Below, piece after piece: positions 17,270 to 30,649 of a DNA stretch of 64,000 bases; the first letter of the stretch is position 1, and the number at the start of each line of letters is the position of its first letter. The notes beneath the pieces were generated by a model. The model did no database searches. It was not told where the DNA came from and saw only the letters and a program-made list of their open reading frames with translations. Where the stretch lies: NCBI RefSeq assembly GCF_009914755.1, contig NC_060948.1; one strand, written 5' to 3'. A program made the translations under genes and the position numbers. The DNA is from the human T2T-CHM13v2.0 reference genome, Homo sapiens.

Positions 17270-19695
17270 TTTTACCTAAGGGCCAGATATTTATTCCTAT
17301 TAGCCATTCCCTAGGAGAGCCACTAGTTTAAGAGAATTATTTTTCTTGCTCTTTCTAAATGTTTTTCTGTGCTAAAATGTTACTTTGTGTTAAAATCCTC
17401 CTTTCCTTTAAAGACAACCCATCATTAAGGGTCCTGACAAAAAGCTTATTGTCCACTTTTAGAACTAGACATATGTTCATTTTGATGATTCTCTACAAGG
17501 GCCACTGAGAGTGTTCTTCTCCTTGCTCTTTCTAGACACCTATCTAAAAGTTTTTCTTGTTGAAAACATTTTTTTTTCCAAAACCATAACTGACTGTCAT
17601 CATAAGTTCTGGCACAACACTTTTCATTAGCTTTCAGTGATGGATATTTATTTGTTTTTAAGGTTCTCTAAGAGGGCCACTGATGTGAGAGAATTGATCT
17701 GGTTGTTTTTTCTAAATGCCTGTCTACAAGTGCGTTTTGAACTAAGTGTCATTTTTTTTTTAAGCAAATCACCTGCTATTAAAAATTCTAACACAAAGTT
17801 TGTTGTCAGCTGTCAGGGCTGAATATTTATTTATATTTAAGTTTATGATATTGAAAGTTTCCTAACAGGGAAATAAGTGCAACAAATTTTGTTTCTTCCT
17901 CAAAATGATTGTCTGCAAACTTTTTTTGTGTTTTGAAATTTTGTTTGTCCTAAAAGAAAATTACCCAACTTCAACAGTTCTGACACAAAACCTGTCAAAT
18001 TTCAGAGTCACATATTTGCACATTTTGATGGTTGAAAAAAAACACAACCATGTAAGAGAATGACCCTCCTAGCTGTTTCAAAATAACTGTGTGCCAACTT
18101 TTCATTATGGAGGCATCTTTCATTTTTAGAATAAATATTACCTGTCATCCAGACTTCTGGCAAATAACTTGTTGTCAGTGTTCAGAAGCAAATATTTGTT
18201 TTTATTTATAAATTTCCAGAAGGGCCACTGATAGGAGAGAATCTATCTCCTTGCTTCTTCTAAATGCCTGTCTTCAAACTTTCATTGTTTTGAAATCTTC
18301 CTTTTCATCAAAAATGCCTTCATCAATAATACTGGCATAAACCTTTGGTCAGTTTGAAAACTGAATATTTTTCCTATTGATAAGCCTCTATATAAAGGCC
18401 ACTGGCATTAGACAGTTTTCCTCCTGCTGTTTCTAAATGCCTCTTGCAAACTTTGCTTTGTGGTAAAAATCTTTCTTTCTTATTGAAAGAAAAAAAAACC
18501 AACACCTGTCAAGAGTTCTGGTACAGGCCAGGTGTGGTGGCTCATGCCTGTAATCCCAGTATTCTGGGAGGCTGAGGCAGGCGGACCACTTGAGGTGAGG
18601 AGTTTGAGACCAGCCTGGCCAACTTGAGGTGAGGAGTTTGAGACCAGCCTGGCCAACATGGTGAAACCCATCTCTGCTAAAAATACAAAAATTAACCTGG
18701 TATTGTGATGTGTGCCTGCAGCTACTCGGGAGGCTGAGGCAGAAGCCTCACTTGAATTCAGGAGATGGAGGGTGCAGTGAGCCAAGATCATGCTACTGCA
18801 CTCTGGCTTGGGTGACAGAGTGAGACTCTGTCTAGAAAAAAAGAAAGAAAGAAAAAAAAAAGAAAGCTCTTGAACAAATCTTTTTTCAGCTTTGAGAACT
18901 ATAATTTGTTAATATTCAGTGTCCTCAGGAAGCCAACTAGCATAAGAAAATTCCTCTCCTTGCTCATTCCAACAGCCTGTCTGACAACTTTTCTTTCTGT
19001 TTAATTTTTTTTTCCTAGAAGAAAACTACATATCAACAAGAGTTCTGGCATGAGGGTTGTTACCTTATTTGAGGGAAGGGTATTCATTTATTTTCATATT
19101 TTTTCAGGAAGGCCACTGATAGAATTCCTTTCCCTTGCTTCTTCTAAATGTCTGCAAACTTTGCATATAGAAGTTTTCCTTTCTCTGAAAAAATTACCTG
19201 TTTTAAAGAGTTCTGATCCATAGTTTCTTGCATATTTCAGGGCCAGGTATTTGTTTATTTTTGTGATTTCTATGAGAGCCGCTGAAGTGAGATAACTTTC
19301 TTGCTCCTTCTAAATGGCTATTGGATAAGTTATCTGTTTTAGAACATCTTCCTTTTTCTAAAAGAGAAGGGCCATTCTCATGAGTTCTGGCATGTACTTT
19401 GTGGTAAGCTTTCAGGCTTAGATATTTTTATGGTTCACTAACAGGTTTACTGTTGCTAGAAAAAAATGCCCTTTCGGCTTTTTATAAATGCTTGTCAACA
19501 AACTTTTCTCCAAGGAAATGTTTTCCATTTCCTGAAGAGAAACTACTTATCATCAAGAGTCTTTTCATAAAGCTTGTGTCACCTTTCAGTGCCTGAAGTA
19601 TGTTTATATTGATGGGTTTCCTGAAAAAAAAAAAAAACACTGGGAGGAAAAAATCAACCTTATTACTCCTTTTAAATGTATGTTTGTGAATTTCT
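17270..19695. repeat. Diverged ~176-bp AT-rich tandem array, block 1
   Basis: gagttctggcacaaagc..gtcagctttcag..gatattt..gggccactga..tctaaatgcctgtctgcaaac recurs at ~17608, 17787, 17977, 18154, 18331, 18515, 19043, 19211, 19385 and 19559. Confidence 0.88.
18526..18862 (+). mobile_element. Alu with an internal 34-bp tandem duplication
   Basis: cttgaggtgaggagtttgagaccagcctggccaa occurs twice (18589 and 18623). Confidence 0.95.
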
Positions 19696-20196
19696 TATCA
19701 GGCCTCTGAACCCAAGCCAAGCCATCGCATCCCCTGTGATTTGAAGGTATATGCCCAGGTGGCCTGAAGTAACCGAAGAATCGCAAAAGAAGTGAAAATG
19801 CGCTGCCCCGCCTTAACTGATGACATCCCACCACAAAATAAGTGCAAATGCCAGTCCTTGCCTTAACTGATGACATTCTACCATAAAAGAAGTGAAAATG
19901 TCCAGTCCTTGTCTTAAGTGATGACATTATCTTGTGAAAGTTCTTTTCCTGGCTCGTCCTGGCTCAAAACCCTCCTTCACTGAGCACCTTTTGACCCCCA
20001 TTCCTGCCCACCAGAGAGCAAATCCACTTTGACTGTAATTTTCCTTTATCTACCCAAATCCTATAAAATGGCCCCACCCTTATCTCCCTTCACTGACTTT
20101 CTTTTCCTACTCAGCCTGCCTGCACCCAGGTGGTTAAAAGCTTTATTGCTCACACAAAGCCTGTTTGGTGGTCTCTTCACACAGACATGCATGAAA
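19696..20196 (+). promoter_or_regulatory. HERV-H 5' LTR (LTR7 family)
   Basis: tatcaggcctctgaacccaag start, cctataaaatgg TATA, ends ...catgaaa. Confidence 0.93.
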
Positions 20197-20198
20197 TT

Positions 20199-20216
20199 TG
20201 GTGCTGTGATTCAGAT
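20199..20216 (+). other. Primer-binding site, tRNA-His type (decayed)
   Basis: tggtgctgtgattcagat versus the canonical TGGTGCCGTGACTCGGAT. Confidence 0.85.
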
Positions 20217-21006
20217 TGGGGGACCTCCCTTGGGAGATCAATCCCCTGTCCTCCTGCTCTTTGCTCTGTGAGAACGATCCACCTATGACCTCAGGTCCTC
20301 AGACTGACCAGCCCAAGAAACATCTCACGAATTTCAAATCTGGTAAGCAGCCTCTTTTTACTCTCTTCTCCAACCTCCCCCACTATCCCTCAACCTCTTT
20401 CTCCTTTCAGTCTTGGTGTCACACTTCAATCTCTCCCTTTTCTTAATTTCAATTCCTTTCATTTTCTGGTAGGGACAAAGGAGACACGTTTTATCCATGG
20501 ACCCAAAACTCTGGCACTTGTCAAGGACTGGGAAGGCAGCCTTCCCTTGGTGTTTAATCATTGCAGGGATGCCTCTCTGATTATTCACCCATGTTTCAGA
20601 GGTGTCAGACCACATGGGGACCCCCGCCTTGGTCCTTCACCCTTGGCAGCAAGGCCTGCTTTTCTGGGGGAGGGGCAAGTACCTTAGCCCCTTCTCTTTT
20701 GTGTCTCTACCCCTTCTCTGCTTTTCTGGGGGAGTGGCAAGAACCCCTCAACCCCTTCTCTTTCACCTTTAGCAGCAAGTCCTGCTTTTCTAGGGGGCAA
20801 GAACCCCAATCCCTTATTTCCATGCCCTGACCTCTTATCTTTGTGCCCCAATACCTTATTTCCACACCCCAACCTCTTATCTCTATGCTCCAACTCCTTA
20901 TTTCTGTGCCCTGACCCCTCTCACACTTTTCTTTAGGGTAAGAACCCCTGAATCCCTTCCCTCCAAGTCTCTACTCTCTCTTTTCTCTGGGATTGCTTCC
21001 TTCACT

Positions 21007-22600
21007 ATGGGCAACCTTCCACCCTCCATTCCTCCTTCTTCTCCCTTAGTCTGTGTTCTCAATAACTTAAAACCTCTTCAACTCACACCTGACCTAAAAC
21101 CTAAATGCCTTATTTTCTTCTGCAACACTGCTTGGCCCCAATACAAACGTGAAAATGGCTATAAGTGGCCAGAAAATGGCATGTTTGATTTCTCCATCCT
21201 ACAAGACCTAAATAATTTTTGTCAAACAATGGGCAAATGATCTGAGGTGCCTTACATCCAGGCATTTTTCACACTTTGTTCCCTCCCTAGTCTCTGTTCC
21301 CAATGCAATTTCTCCCAAATCCTCCTTCTTTCCCACCCACCTGTCCCCCAGTCCAAACCCCTAGCATCACCAAGTCTTTCCAGTCTTCCTTTTCTACAGA
21401 CCCATCTGACCTTTCCCCTCCACTGCAGGCTGCTCATCACCAGGCCGAGCTAAGTCCCAGTCCTTCCTCAGCCTCCACTCCTCCATCCTATAATCCTTCT
21501 ACCACCTCCCCTTCTCACACCCAGTCCAGCTTACAGTTTATTTCTGCGACTAGCTCTTCCCCACCTGCCCAACAATTTCCTCTTAGAGAGGTGGCTGGAG
21601 CTGAGGGCATAGTCTGGGTACATGTACTTTTTTCTCTATCAGACCTCTCTCAGATCAGTCAGTGTTTAGGCTCTTTCTCATAAGACCCCACTAAATATAT
21701 ACAGGAATTCCAATATCTAACTCTGTCCTACAATTTAACCTGGAGTGACTTAAATATCATCCTGACTTCTGCCCTCTCCCCAGATGAATGGGAAAGAGTT
21801 TTTTCTCTAGCCCAATCTCATGCTGATAACCACTGGCTTCATGAGCCAGAACTCCAGGAAGGCATTAGAGCAGTTCCCCGAGAGGATCCCCAATAGAACT
21901 ACCAGGCAAATTCCCCAGGTATAGCTAGGCGAGATTACATGATTTCCCACCTTGAAGGCAGCTTACATAACTGTTAATTATGACAAGCTTAAAGAAACTA
22001 CCCAAGGTTAAGACAAAAACCCAGCCCAGTTCATGGCCCACTTAGCAGCAATGCTTAGACACTATACCACCCTAGACCCAGAAAGGCCAGAAGGCCGTCT
22101 TATTCTTAATATACATTTTATCACCCAATCAACTCCTGACATTAGGAAAAAACTTCAAAAGTTAGAATCTGGCCCTCAAACCCCACAACAGGAATTAATC
22201 AACCTCTCCTTCAAGGTGTACAATAACAGAGAGGAAGCAGCCAGACAGTAACACATTTCTGTTACAATTACTTGCCTCTGCTGTGAGACAAAACCAGACA
22301 CACTTTCATCATATAAGAACTTCAAAATGCCTAAGCCGCACACACGTAAGCTGCAGCAGTCAAGCATTCCTACAAGACTCACTCCGTCAGGATCTTGCTT
22401 GAAGTGCCAGAAATCTGGTCACTGGGCCAAGGAATGCCCATAGCCCAGGATTCCTACTAAGCCATGCCCATCTGTGCAGGGACCCACTGGAAGGCAGACT
22501 GCCCAGCTCACCCAGCAGCCACTCCTAGAGCCCCTAAAGCTCTAGCCCAAGGTTTTCTAACTCCTTCCCAGATCTGCTCAGCTTAGCGACTGAAGATTAA
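21007..22600 (+). pseudogene. gag: HERV-H gag remnant
   Basis: MGNLPPSIP...LIFFCNTAWPQY; HFITQSTPDIRKKLQK; zinc knuckle CLKCQKSGHWAKEC at ~22396. Confidence 0.88.
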
Positions 22601-25600
22601 TGCTGCCTGATCACCTCAGAAGCCCCCTGGACCATCACAGATGCCCAACTTCAGGTGACTCTCAAGTGGAGGGTAAGTCCACCCTCTGTTTCATCGATAC
22701 AGGGGCTACCAATTTCATGTTGCCTTCTTTTCAAAGACCTGTTTCCCTCACCCCAATAACTGATGTGGGTATTGACCTCCAAGCTTCAAAACCCCTGAAA
22801 ACTCCCCTACTCTGGTGCCAACTTGGACAACACTCTTTTATGCACTCTTTTTTAGTTATGCTCACCTGCCCAGTTCCTTTATTAGGCTGAGATATTTTAA
22901 CCAAATTATCTGCTTCCCTGAGTATTCCTGGACTCAGCCGCATCTCATTGCCACCCTTCTCCCCAATCCAAAGCCTCCTTTGCTTCTTCCTCTCACATCC
23001 CTCCACCTTAACCCACAAGTATGGGACATCTCTAGTCCTTCCCTGGCAACCAATCACATGCCCATTATTGTCCCATTAAAACCTAATCACCCTTACCCTA
23101 CTCAATGCCAATATCCCATCCCGCAGCACGATTTAAAAGGATTAAAGCCGGTTATCACTCTCTGCTACAGCATGGCTTCTAAAACCTATAAACTCTCCTT
23201 ACAATTCCCCCGTTTTACCTGTCCAAAAACTGGACAAGTCTTACAGATTAGTTCAGGGTCTGTGCCTTATTGACAAAGTTGTTTTGCCTATCCAGCATGT
23301 GGTGCCCCACCCATACATTTTTTTGTCCTCAATACCTTCCTCCACAATTCACTATTCCATTCTTGATCTTAAAGATGCTTTTTTCACTATTCCTCTGCAC
23401 CCTGCATCCCAGCCTTTCTTTGCTTTCACCTGGACTGACCCTAACACCTATCAGTCCCAGCAGCTTACCTGGGCTGTGCTGCCACAAAGTTTCAGAGACA
23501 GCCCTCACTACTTCAGCCAAGCTGTTTCTCATGATTTACTTTCTTTCCACCCCTCCGCTTCTCATCATATTCAATATATTGATGACCTTCTTCTTTGTAG
23601 CCCCTCCTTTGAATCTTCTCAACAAGACAACTTCTGCTCCTTCAGCATTTATTCTCCAAAGGATATCGGGTATCCCCCTCCAAAGCTCAAATTTCTTCTC
23701 CATCCCTTACCTCCCTTGGCATAATTCTTCATAAAAACACACCTGCTCTCCCTGCCAATCATGTCTGACTAATCTCTGAAACAACAACCCCTTCTACAAA
23801 ACAACTACTCCTTTCCTTCCTGGTCATAGTTGGATACTTTTGCCTTTGGATACCTGGTTTTACCATCTTAAAAAACCATTATATAAACTCACAAAAGGAA
23901 ACCTAGCTGACCCCATAGATCATAAATCCTTTCCCCACTCCTCTTTCTGTTCCTTGAAGACAGCTTTAGAGACTGCCCCACCCTAGCTCTCCCTGACTCA
24001 TCCTTACCCTTTTCATTACACACAGCTGAAGTGCAGGGCTGTTCAGTCAGAATTCTTACACAAGGACCGGGACCACACCCTGTAGACTTTTTGTCCAAAC
24101 AACTTGACCTTACTGTTTTAGGCTGGCCATCATGTCTCTGTGCAGTGGCTGCTGCCACCCTAATACTTTTAGAGGCCTTCAAAATCAACTATGCTCAACT
24201 CACTCTCTACAACTCTCATAATTTCCAAAATCTATTTTCTTCCTCACACCTGATGCATATACTTTCTGCTCCCTGGCTCTTTCAGCTATACTCACTCTTT
24301 GTTGAGTCTCCCACAATTACCATTGTTCCTGGCCCAGACTTCAATCTTGCCTCCCACATTATTCCGGATACCACACCTGACCCTCATGACTGCATCTCTC
24401 TGACCCACCTGACATTCACCCCATCTCCCCACATTTCCTTCTTCCCTGTTTCTCACTCTGATCACACTTGGTTTATTGATGGCAGTTCCACAAGGCCTAA
24501 TCGCCACTCACCAGCAAAGGCAGGCTATGCAATAGTATCTTCCACATCTGTTATTGAGGCTACCATTCTGCCCTGCTCCACTACCTCTCAGCAAGCCAAG
24601 CTAGTTGCCTTATCTCAGGCCCTCACTCTTGCAAAAGGACTACATGTCAATATTTATACTGACTCTAAATATGCCTTCCATATTCTGCACTACCATGCAG
24701 TCATATTGGCTGAAAGAATTTTCCTTACTACACAAGGGTCCTCCATCATTAATGCTTCTTTAATAAAAACTCTGCTCGAGGCCGCTTTACTTCCAAAGGA
24801 AGCTGGGGTCATTCACTGCAAGAGGCATCAAAAGGCGTCAGATCCCATTGCTCTAGGCAACGCTTGTGCTGATAAGGTGGCTAGGCAAGCAGCTAGCTTT
24901 CCAACTTCTGTCTCTCACAGCAATTCTGATGCAGATAAGGTGGCTAGACAAGCAGCTAGCTCTCCAACTTCTGTCCCTGACGGCCAGTTTTTCTCCTTCA
25001 CATCGGCCACTCCCACCTACTCCCCCGCTGAAACCTCCACCTATCAATCTCTTCTCACACAAGGCAAATGGTTCTTAGATCTAGGAAAATACCTCCTTCC
25101 AGCCTCACAGGCCCCTTCTATTCTGTCGTCATTTCATAACCTCTTCCATGTAGGTTACAAGCCACTAGCCTGTCTCTTAGAACCTCTCATTTCCTTTCCA
25201 TCATGGAAATCTATCCTCAAGGAGATCACTTCTCAGTTTCCCATCTGCTATTCTACTACCCCTCATGGATTGTTCAGGCCTCCTCCCTTTCCTACACATC
25301 AAGCTCAGTGATTTGCCCCTGTGCAGGACTGGCAAATTGACTTTACTCACATGCCTGGAGTCAGAAAACTAAAATATCTCTTAGTCTGAGTAGACACTTT
25401 CACTGGATAGTTAGAGGCCTTTCCAACAGGGTCTGAGATGGCCACCATGGTCATTTCTTCCCTTCTGTCAGACGTAATTCCTCAGTTTGACCTTCCCACC
25501 TCTATACTGTCTGATAATGGACCAGTCTTTACTAGTCAAATCATCCAAGCAGTTTCTCATGCACTTAATATTCAGTGGAATCTTCATATTCCTTATCATC

Positions 25601-26160
25601 CTCAATCTTCAGGAAAGGTAAAACAGACTAATGGTATTTTAAAGTCACACCTCACCAAGCTCAGCCTCCAACTTAAAAAGTATTGGACAGTACTTTTACC
25701 TCTTGCCCTTCTCAGAATTAAACCTGTCCTCGAGTTGCTACAGGGTACAGTGCATTTGAACTTCTATATGGACGCACTTTCCTGCTTTGCCCCAAACACT
25801 TCCCAGACACCAGCCCTCTAGGCGACTATCTTCCAGTCCTCCAACAGGCTAGACAGGAAATTCACCAAGCTGTTAATCTTCTCTTGCCTTCTCCAGATCC
25901 CCAGCCACATGAAGACACCCTAGCTGGACGATCAGTTCTTGTTAAGAATCTGAACCCTCAAACTCTACAACCTCGATGGACCAGACCCTACTTAGTCATC
26001 TGTAGTACCCTGACTGCTGTCTGCCTGCAGGATCTTCCACACTGGGTTCACCATTCCAGAATAAAGCTGTGTCCATCAGGCAGCCAGCCTAATCCCTCTC
26101 TTCCTCCTGGAAGTCACAAGTACTCTCCCCTACTTCCCTTAAACTCACTCATATTTCTGA
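22601..26160 (+). pseudogene. pol: HERV-H pro-pol remnant
   Basis: FIDTGAT (protease), LDLKDAFF / LPQSFRDSP / QYIDDLL (RT), WFIDGSS / YTDSKY (RNase H), SDNGPVF / PYHPQSSG (integrase); frameshifts and stops present. Confidence 0.92.
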
Positions 26161-26460
26161 AGAACAGTAATAACCCTTATGAGCCTAATACATCCCTTTA
26201 TTCTATTAGGTCTCTCCATCCTTACCCTACTTTTTGCAGCACAGCTTTATGAAATCACCCCCACCAATTGGGCTGAGCCCCAAAAAGAAACTATTCATCC
26301 CTACTGTCTTCTATCTAGTCATACTCCATTCTCAACTACCTATAAATGCCCTACTCTTATTTACACTGATGGTTTACACTGTTTCTTCAAGCCATCACAG
26401 CTGATATCTCTTCGTGCTATCCCCACACCACCACTCTTAAGTCTCTCTTAGAGTGGATAG

Positions 26461-28360
26461 ATGATCTTTACTGGCAGGGCATCCTCCTATACTTCCATCC
26501 TGATGAAGTTCTATTCTTTACTTTTATACTCACTCTTATTCTCGTTCCCAATCTTATGCCACCCTCTACCTCTCCCCAGCTATCTCCACCACACTATCAA
26601 CCTTACACATTCTCTCCTAGCCACTTCTAATCCCTCCTTAGTGAACAACTGCTGGCTTTGCATTTCCCTGTCTTCCAGTGCCTACACAGCTGTCCTCACC
26701 TTACAGACAGACTGGGCAAGATTTCCCCTAGGTAATCTTTCACCTTCTCAATGTTACTTTACTCTTCATCTCCGAAGCCCAGCTACACACATCACTGAAA
26801 CAACTGGAGCCTTCCAGCTCTGTATTACAGAAAAGCCCTCTATCAATACTGACAAACATTAAAAACATTAGCGGTAATTATTTTCATGCGCGTCCATGTG
26901 AAGAGACCACCAAACACGCTTTGTGTGAGTAACATGGCTGTTTATTACACCTGGGTGCAGGAGGGCTGAGTCCGAAAAGAGAGTCAGTGAAGGGAGATGG
27001 GGTGGGGCCATTTTATAGGATTTGGGTAGGTAAAGGATAAAAGGGGGTTGTTCTCTGGCAGACAGGAGTGGGGGGGGGGTCACAAGGTACTCAGTGGGGG
27101 AGATTTTGAGCCAGGATGAGCCAGGAGAAGGAATTTCACAGACAATGTCATCAGTTAAAGCAGGAACAGGCCATTTTCACTTCTTTTGTGGTGGAATGTC
27201 ATCGGTTAAGGCAGGAACCAGCCATCTGGATGTGTACGTGCAGGTCACAGGGGATATGATGGCTTAGCTTGGGCTCAGAGGCCTGACAATTATTGCTTAG
27301 GAAGACACTCACCCTTTATTTCACTCCATCTTTGGCTACCTTCCCTTTGCTCGTCAGACTCTCCTCCCAGGCTCTATTCTTGTTTTTACTTATACCCAGC
27401 CCTGAAAATAACAGTGAAAGGTTAGTCATAGATACTCAACGTTTTCTCATAAAACCATGAAAATCAAACCTCCCCCTCTATGCAGTTACCCCATCAGTCC
27501 CCATTACAACCTCTGATGGCTGCCGCCCTAGCTGAATCCCTAGGAGTCTAGGTAAAAGACACCTCTTTCAGCACTCCTCAACTTTTCACTTTCTATCTCC
27601 AGTTTTGCCTTGCACAAGGTCTCTTCCTCTATGGATCCTCTAACTACATGTGTCTACCTGCTAATTGGACAGGCACATGTACACTAGTTTTCCTTACCCC
27701 CAAAATTCAATTTGCAAATGGGACCAAAGGGCTCCCTGATCCCCTCATGACACCAAAATGACAAAAATGCTCCACTAATGCCCTTGCTGGTCAGTTTAGG
27801 ACTTTCTGCCTCCACTATTGCTCTCGGTACTAGAATAGCAGGCATTTCAACCTCTGTCACTACCTTCTGTAGCCTGTCTAATGACTTCTCTGCTAGCATC
27901 ACAGACATATCACAAAGTTTATCAGTCCTCCAAGGCCAAGTTGACTCTTTAGCTGCAGTTGTCCTCCAAAACTGCTAAGACCTTGATTTACTCACTGCTG
28001 AAAAAGGAGGACTGTGTATATTCTTAAATAAAGAGTGTTGTTTTTACCTAAATCAATCTGGTCTGGTGTATGATAACATAAAAAAACTCAAGGATAGAGC
28101 ACAAAAATTTGCCAACCAAGCAAGTAATTATGCTGAACCCCCTTGGGTACTCTTTAATTGGATGTCCTGGGTCCTCCCAATTCTTAGTCCTTTAATACCC
28201 ACTTTTCTCCTTCTTTTATTTGGACCTTGTATCTTCCGTTTAGTTTCTCAATTTATCCAAAACCGTATCCAGGCCATCACCAATCATTCTATATGACAAA
28301 TGTTTCTTCTAATATCCCCAAAATGTCAGCCCTTACCACAAGATCTCCCTTCAGCTTAAT
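26461..28360 (+). pseudogene. env: HERV-H env remnant, interrupted by a solo LTR7
   Basis: NCWLC motif in SU; TM fusion peptide; [26 protein letters not shown] immunosuppressive domain and CX6CC at ~27964-28045. Confidence 0.88.
26882..27288 (-). mobile_element. Solo LTR7 inserted antisense in HERV-H env
   Basis: Reverse complement tgtcaggcctctgagcccaag...gcatgaaa; 5-bp TSD attat (26877-26881 and 27289-27293). Confidence 0.95.
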
Positions 28361-28521
28361 ATCTCCCACTCTAGGTTCCCACGCCACCCCTAATCCCACT
28401 TGAAGCAGCCCTGAGAAACATCACCCATTCTCTCTCCATACCACCCCCCAAAAATTTTCACCGCCCCAACACTTCAACGCTATTTTGTTTTATTTTTCTT
28501 ATTAATATAAGAAGGCAGGAA

Positions 28522-29022
28522 TGTCAGGCCTCTAAGCCCAAGCCAAGCCATTGCATCCCCTGTGACTTGCACGTATATGACCAGGTGGCCTGAAGTAACT
28601 GAAGAATCACAAAAGAAGTGAAAATGCCCTGCCCCACTTTTACTGATGACATTCCACCACAAAAGAAGTGAAAATGGCCAGTCTTTGCCTTAACTGATGA
28701 CATTCCACCACAAAAGAAGTGAAAATGGCTGGTCCTTGTCTTAAGTGATGACATTATCTTGTGAAAGTCCTTTTCCTGGCTCAACCTGGCTCAAAAACTT
28801 CCCCACTGAGCACCTTGCGACCCCTATTCCTGCCCGGCAGAGAACAAATCCACTTTGACAGTAATTTTTCTTTATCTTCCCAAATCCTATAAAATGGCCC
28901 CACGCTTATCTCCCTTTGCTGACTCTCTTTTCAGACTTGGCCCACTTGCACCAAGGTGATTAAAAGCTTTATTTCTTTCACAAAGCCTGTTTGGTGGTCT
29001 CTTCACATGGACGTGCCTGAAA
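28522..29022 (+). promoter_or_regulatory. HERV-H 3' LTR
   Basis: tgtcaggcc follows the PPT; colinear with the 5' LTR. Confidence 0.93.
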
Positions 29023-29759
29023 TTTCTTTGTGTTGAAATGTTAATCTTTTTGAAAAATAAATGTGCCCATTTTTAAGAGTTCTGGTACAAAGCTTGTTGT
29101 CAGCTTTCAGTGTAAGATATTTGCTTGTTTTGATGGTTTTCTATGAAGGCCACTAAAATTTAATATTTCCTTCTTGTTTTTTCTAAATATCTAGCTAAAA
29201 ACTCTTTTTTTGAAAACGTTTTACTTTCCCGAAAGAGAACCAGCTGTCACCATGAGTTCTGGCACAATAGTTGTTGCAGGCTTTCAAGGCTGTATATTTG
29301 TTTTGATACTTCACTAGAATGGCCACTGATGTTAGAAAATTCCTTTTATTCCCTTGTTTCAAAATGCATGACTACAAACTCTTGTTTATGTAAACACCTT
29401 CCTTTTCCTGAAATAAAATGGCCCAGTGTTAATATTTCTCAACAAATCTTTTTTTTTTTTTTTTTGGATCTCTGGAAGGGCCACTGAGGTAAAACAATTC
29501 TCCTCTTTACTTTTTTTAAATACCTGTCTGCAAACTTTTTGTCAGTTAAAAATATTTATTTCCCTAAAAAAAAAGCTGCCCTTGTTCAAAAGTTCTGGAA
29601 CAAAACTTACTTTCAACTTTGAGATCTTCGCATTAGTTCCTAATGACAAGTAACGACAAGGGCCATGAGTGTAATAGACTTTCTCTTCTTTCTCTTTTTA
29701 AATGCATGTCAAGAAACTGCTTCTCTGTTCAAATATTTTTTTCTCTTAAAGAAACCACC

Positions 29760-30085
29760 AGACAGGGCACAGTGGCTCACCCATATAATCCCATCACTTT
29801 GGGAGGGCAAGGCAGGTGCATCTTCTGAGGTCAGGAATTTGAGACCAGCCTGGTTAACATGGTAAATCCCATCTCTACTAAAAAAAAATAATAATAAAAA
29901 AATTAGCTTGGCTTGGTGGCAGGGGACTGTAATCCCAGCTACTCAGGAGGCTGAGGCAGGAGAATCACTTTAACATGGAGGTTGGAGATGGCAGTGAGCC
30001 AAGACCATGCCACTGCACTGCAGCCTGGGTAACAACAGTGAAACTCCATTTCAAAAGAAAAATAAAAGGAAGAAAAAGCAAGAAA
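29760..30085 (+). mobile_element. Alu
   Basis: Both monomers and A tail; TSD approximately aaagaaaccacc. Confidence 0.93.
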
Positions 30086-30355
30086 GAAACCACCCATTTT
30101 CAAGAATTCTGACATAAATTTGTCAGCATTCAGGGCCAGATGTTCCCTTCTTTCATCAGTTCCCTAGAAAAACCACTGGTGTTTTTTTTTTTTTTTTTAA
30201 ATTGTTCTATCTAAATGTCTAACTGAACCTCTTTCTTTGCCTGAAAAAAAAATAAAAGGGACCATTATTAATAGTTATTGCACAAATCTTGTCAACTTTC
30301 AGGACCAGGTATTTGTTAATTTTAAAGGAAGGTTCTCTAAAAGATCCTCTGTTAT

Positions 30356-30649
30356 GGACAAGGGTGGTGGCTCACATTTGTAAGCCCAGCACTTCGTAAG
30401 GCCGAGGGAGTTGTAGCACCTGGAGAGTTGGAGACCATTCTGGTCAACATGGAGAAACCCCATCTCTACTAAAAATACAAAAATTGCCCGGGTGTAGTGG
30501 CACATGCCTGGAATCCCAGCTACTCAGGGGGCTGAGGAAGGAGAACTACTTGAACCTGGGAGACAGAGGTTGCAATGAGCCAAGATCACACCACTGTACC
30601 CCAGCCTGAGCAACAGAATGAGTCATCTCAAAAAAAAAAAAAAAAAAAA
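30356..30649 (+). mobile_element. Alu
   Basis: Alu body and A tail; TSD-like ctctgttatg / ctctgttgtg. Confidence 0.92.

Larger units (their letters stand above)
19696..29022 (+). mobile_element. HERV-H provirus (LTR7-gag-pro-pol-env-LTR7), defective
   Basis: Two 501-bp LTR7-family LTRs, 5-bp TSD tttct, His-type PBS, PPT aagaaggcaggaa, and gag, pro, RT, RNase H, IN and env motifs in order. Confidence 0.96.

Noticed and set aside
24031-25311. 426-aa ORF as a functional or domesticated gene
   Set aside because: It is an internal HERV-H pol segment starting at GTG, bounded by frameshifts and stops; nothing indicates selection.
27778-28296. Syncytin-like intact env
   Set aside because: Stop codon in the immunosuppressive domain, frameshifts, and an LTR insertion in SU.
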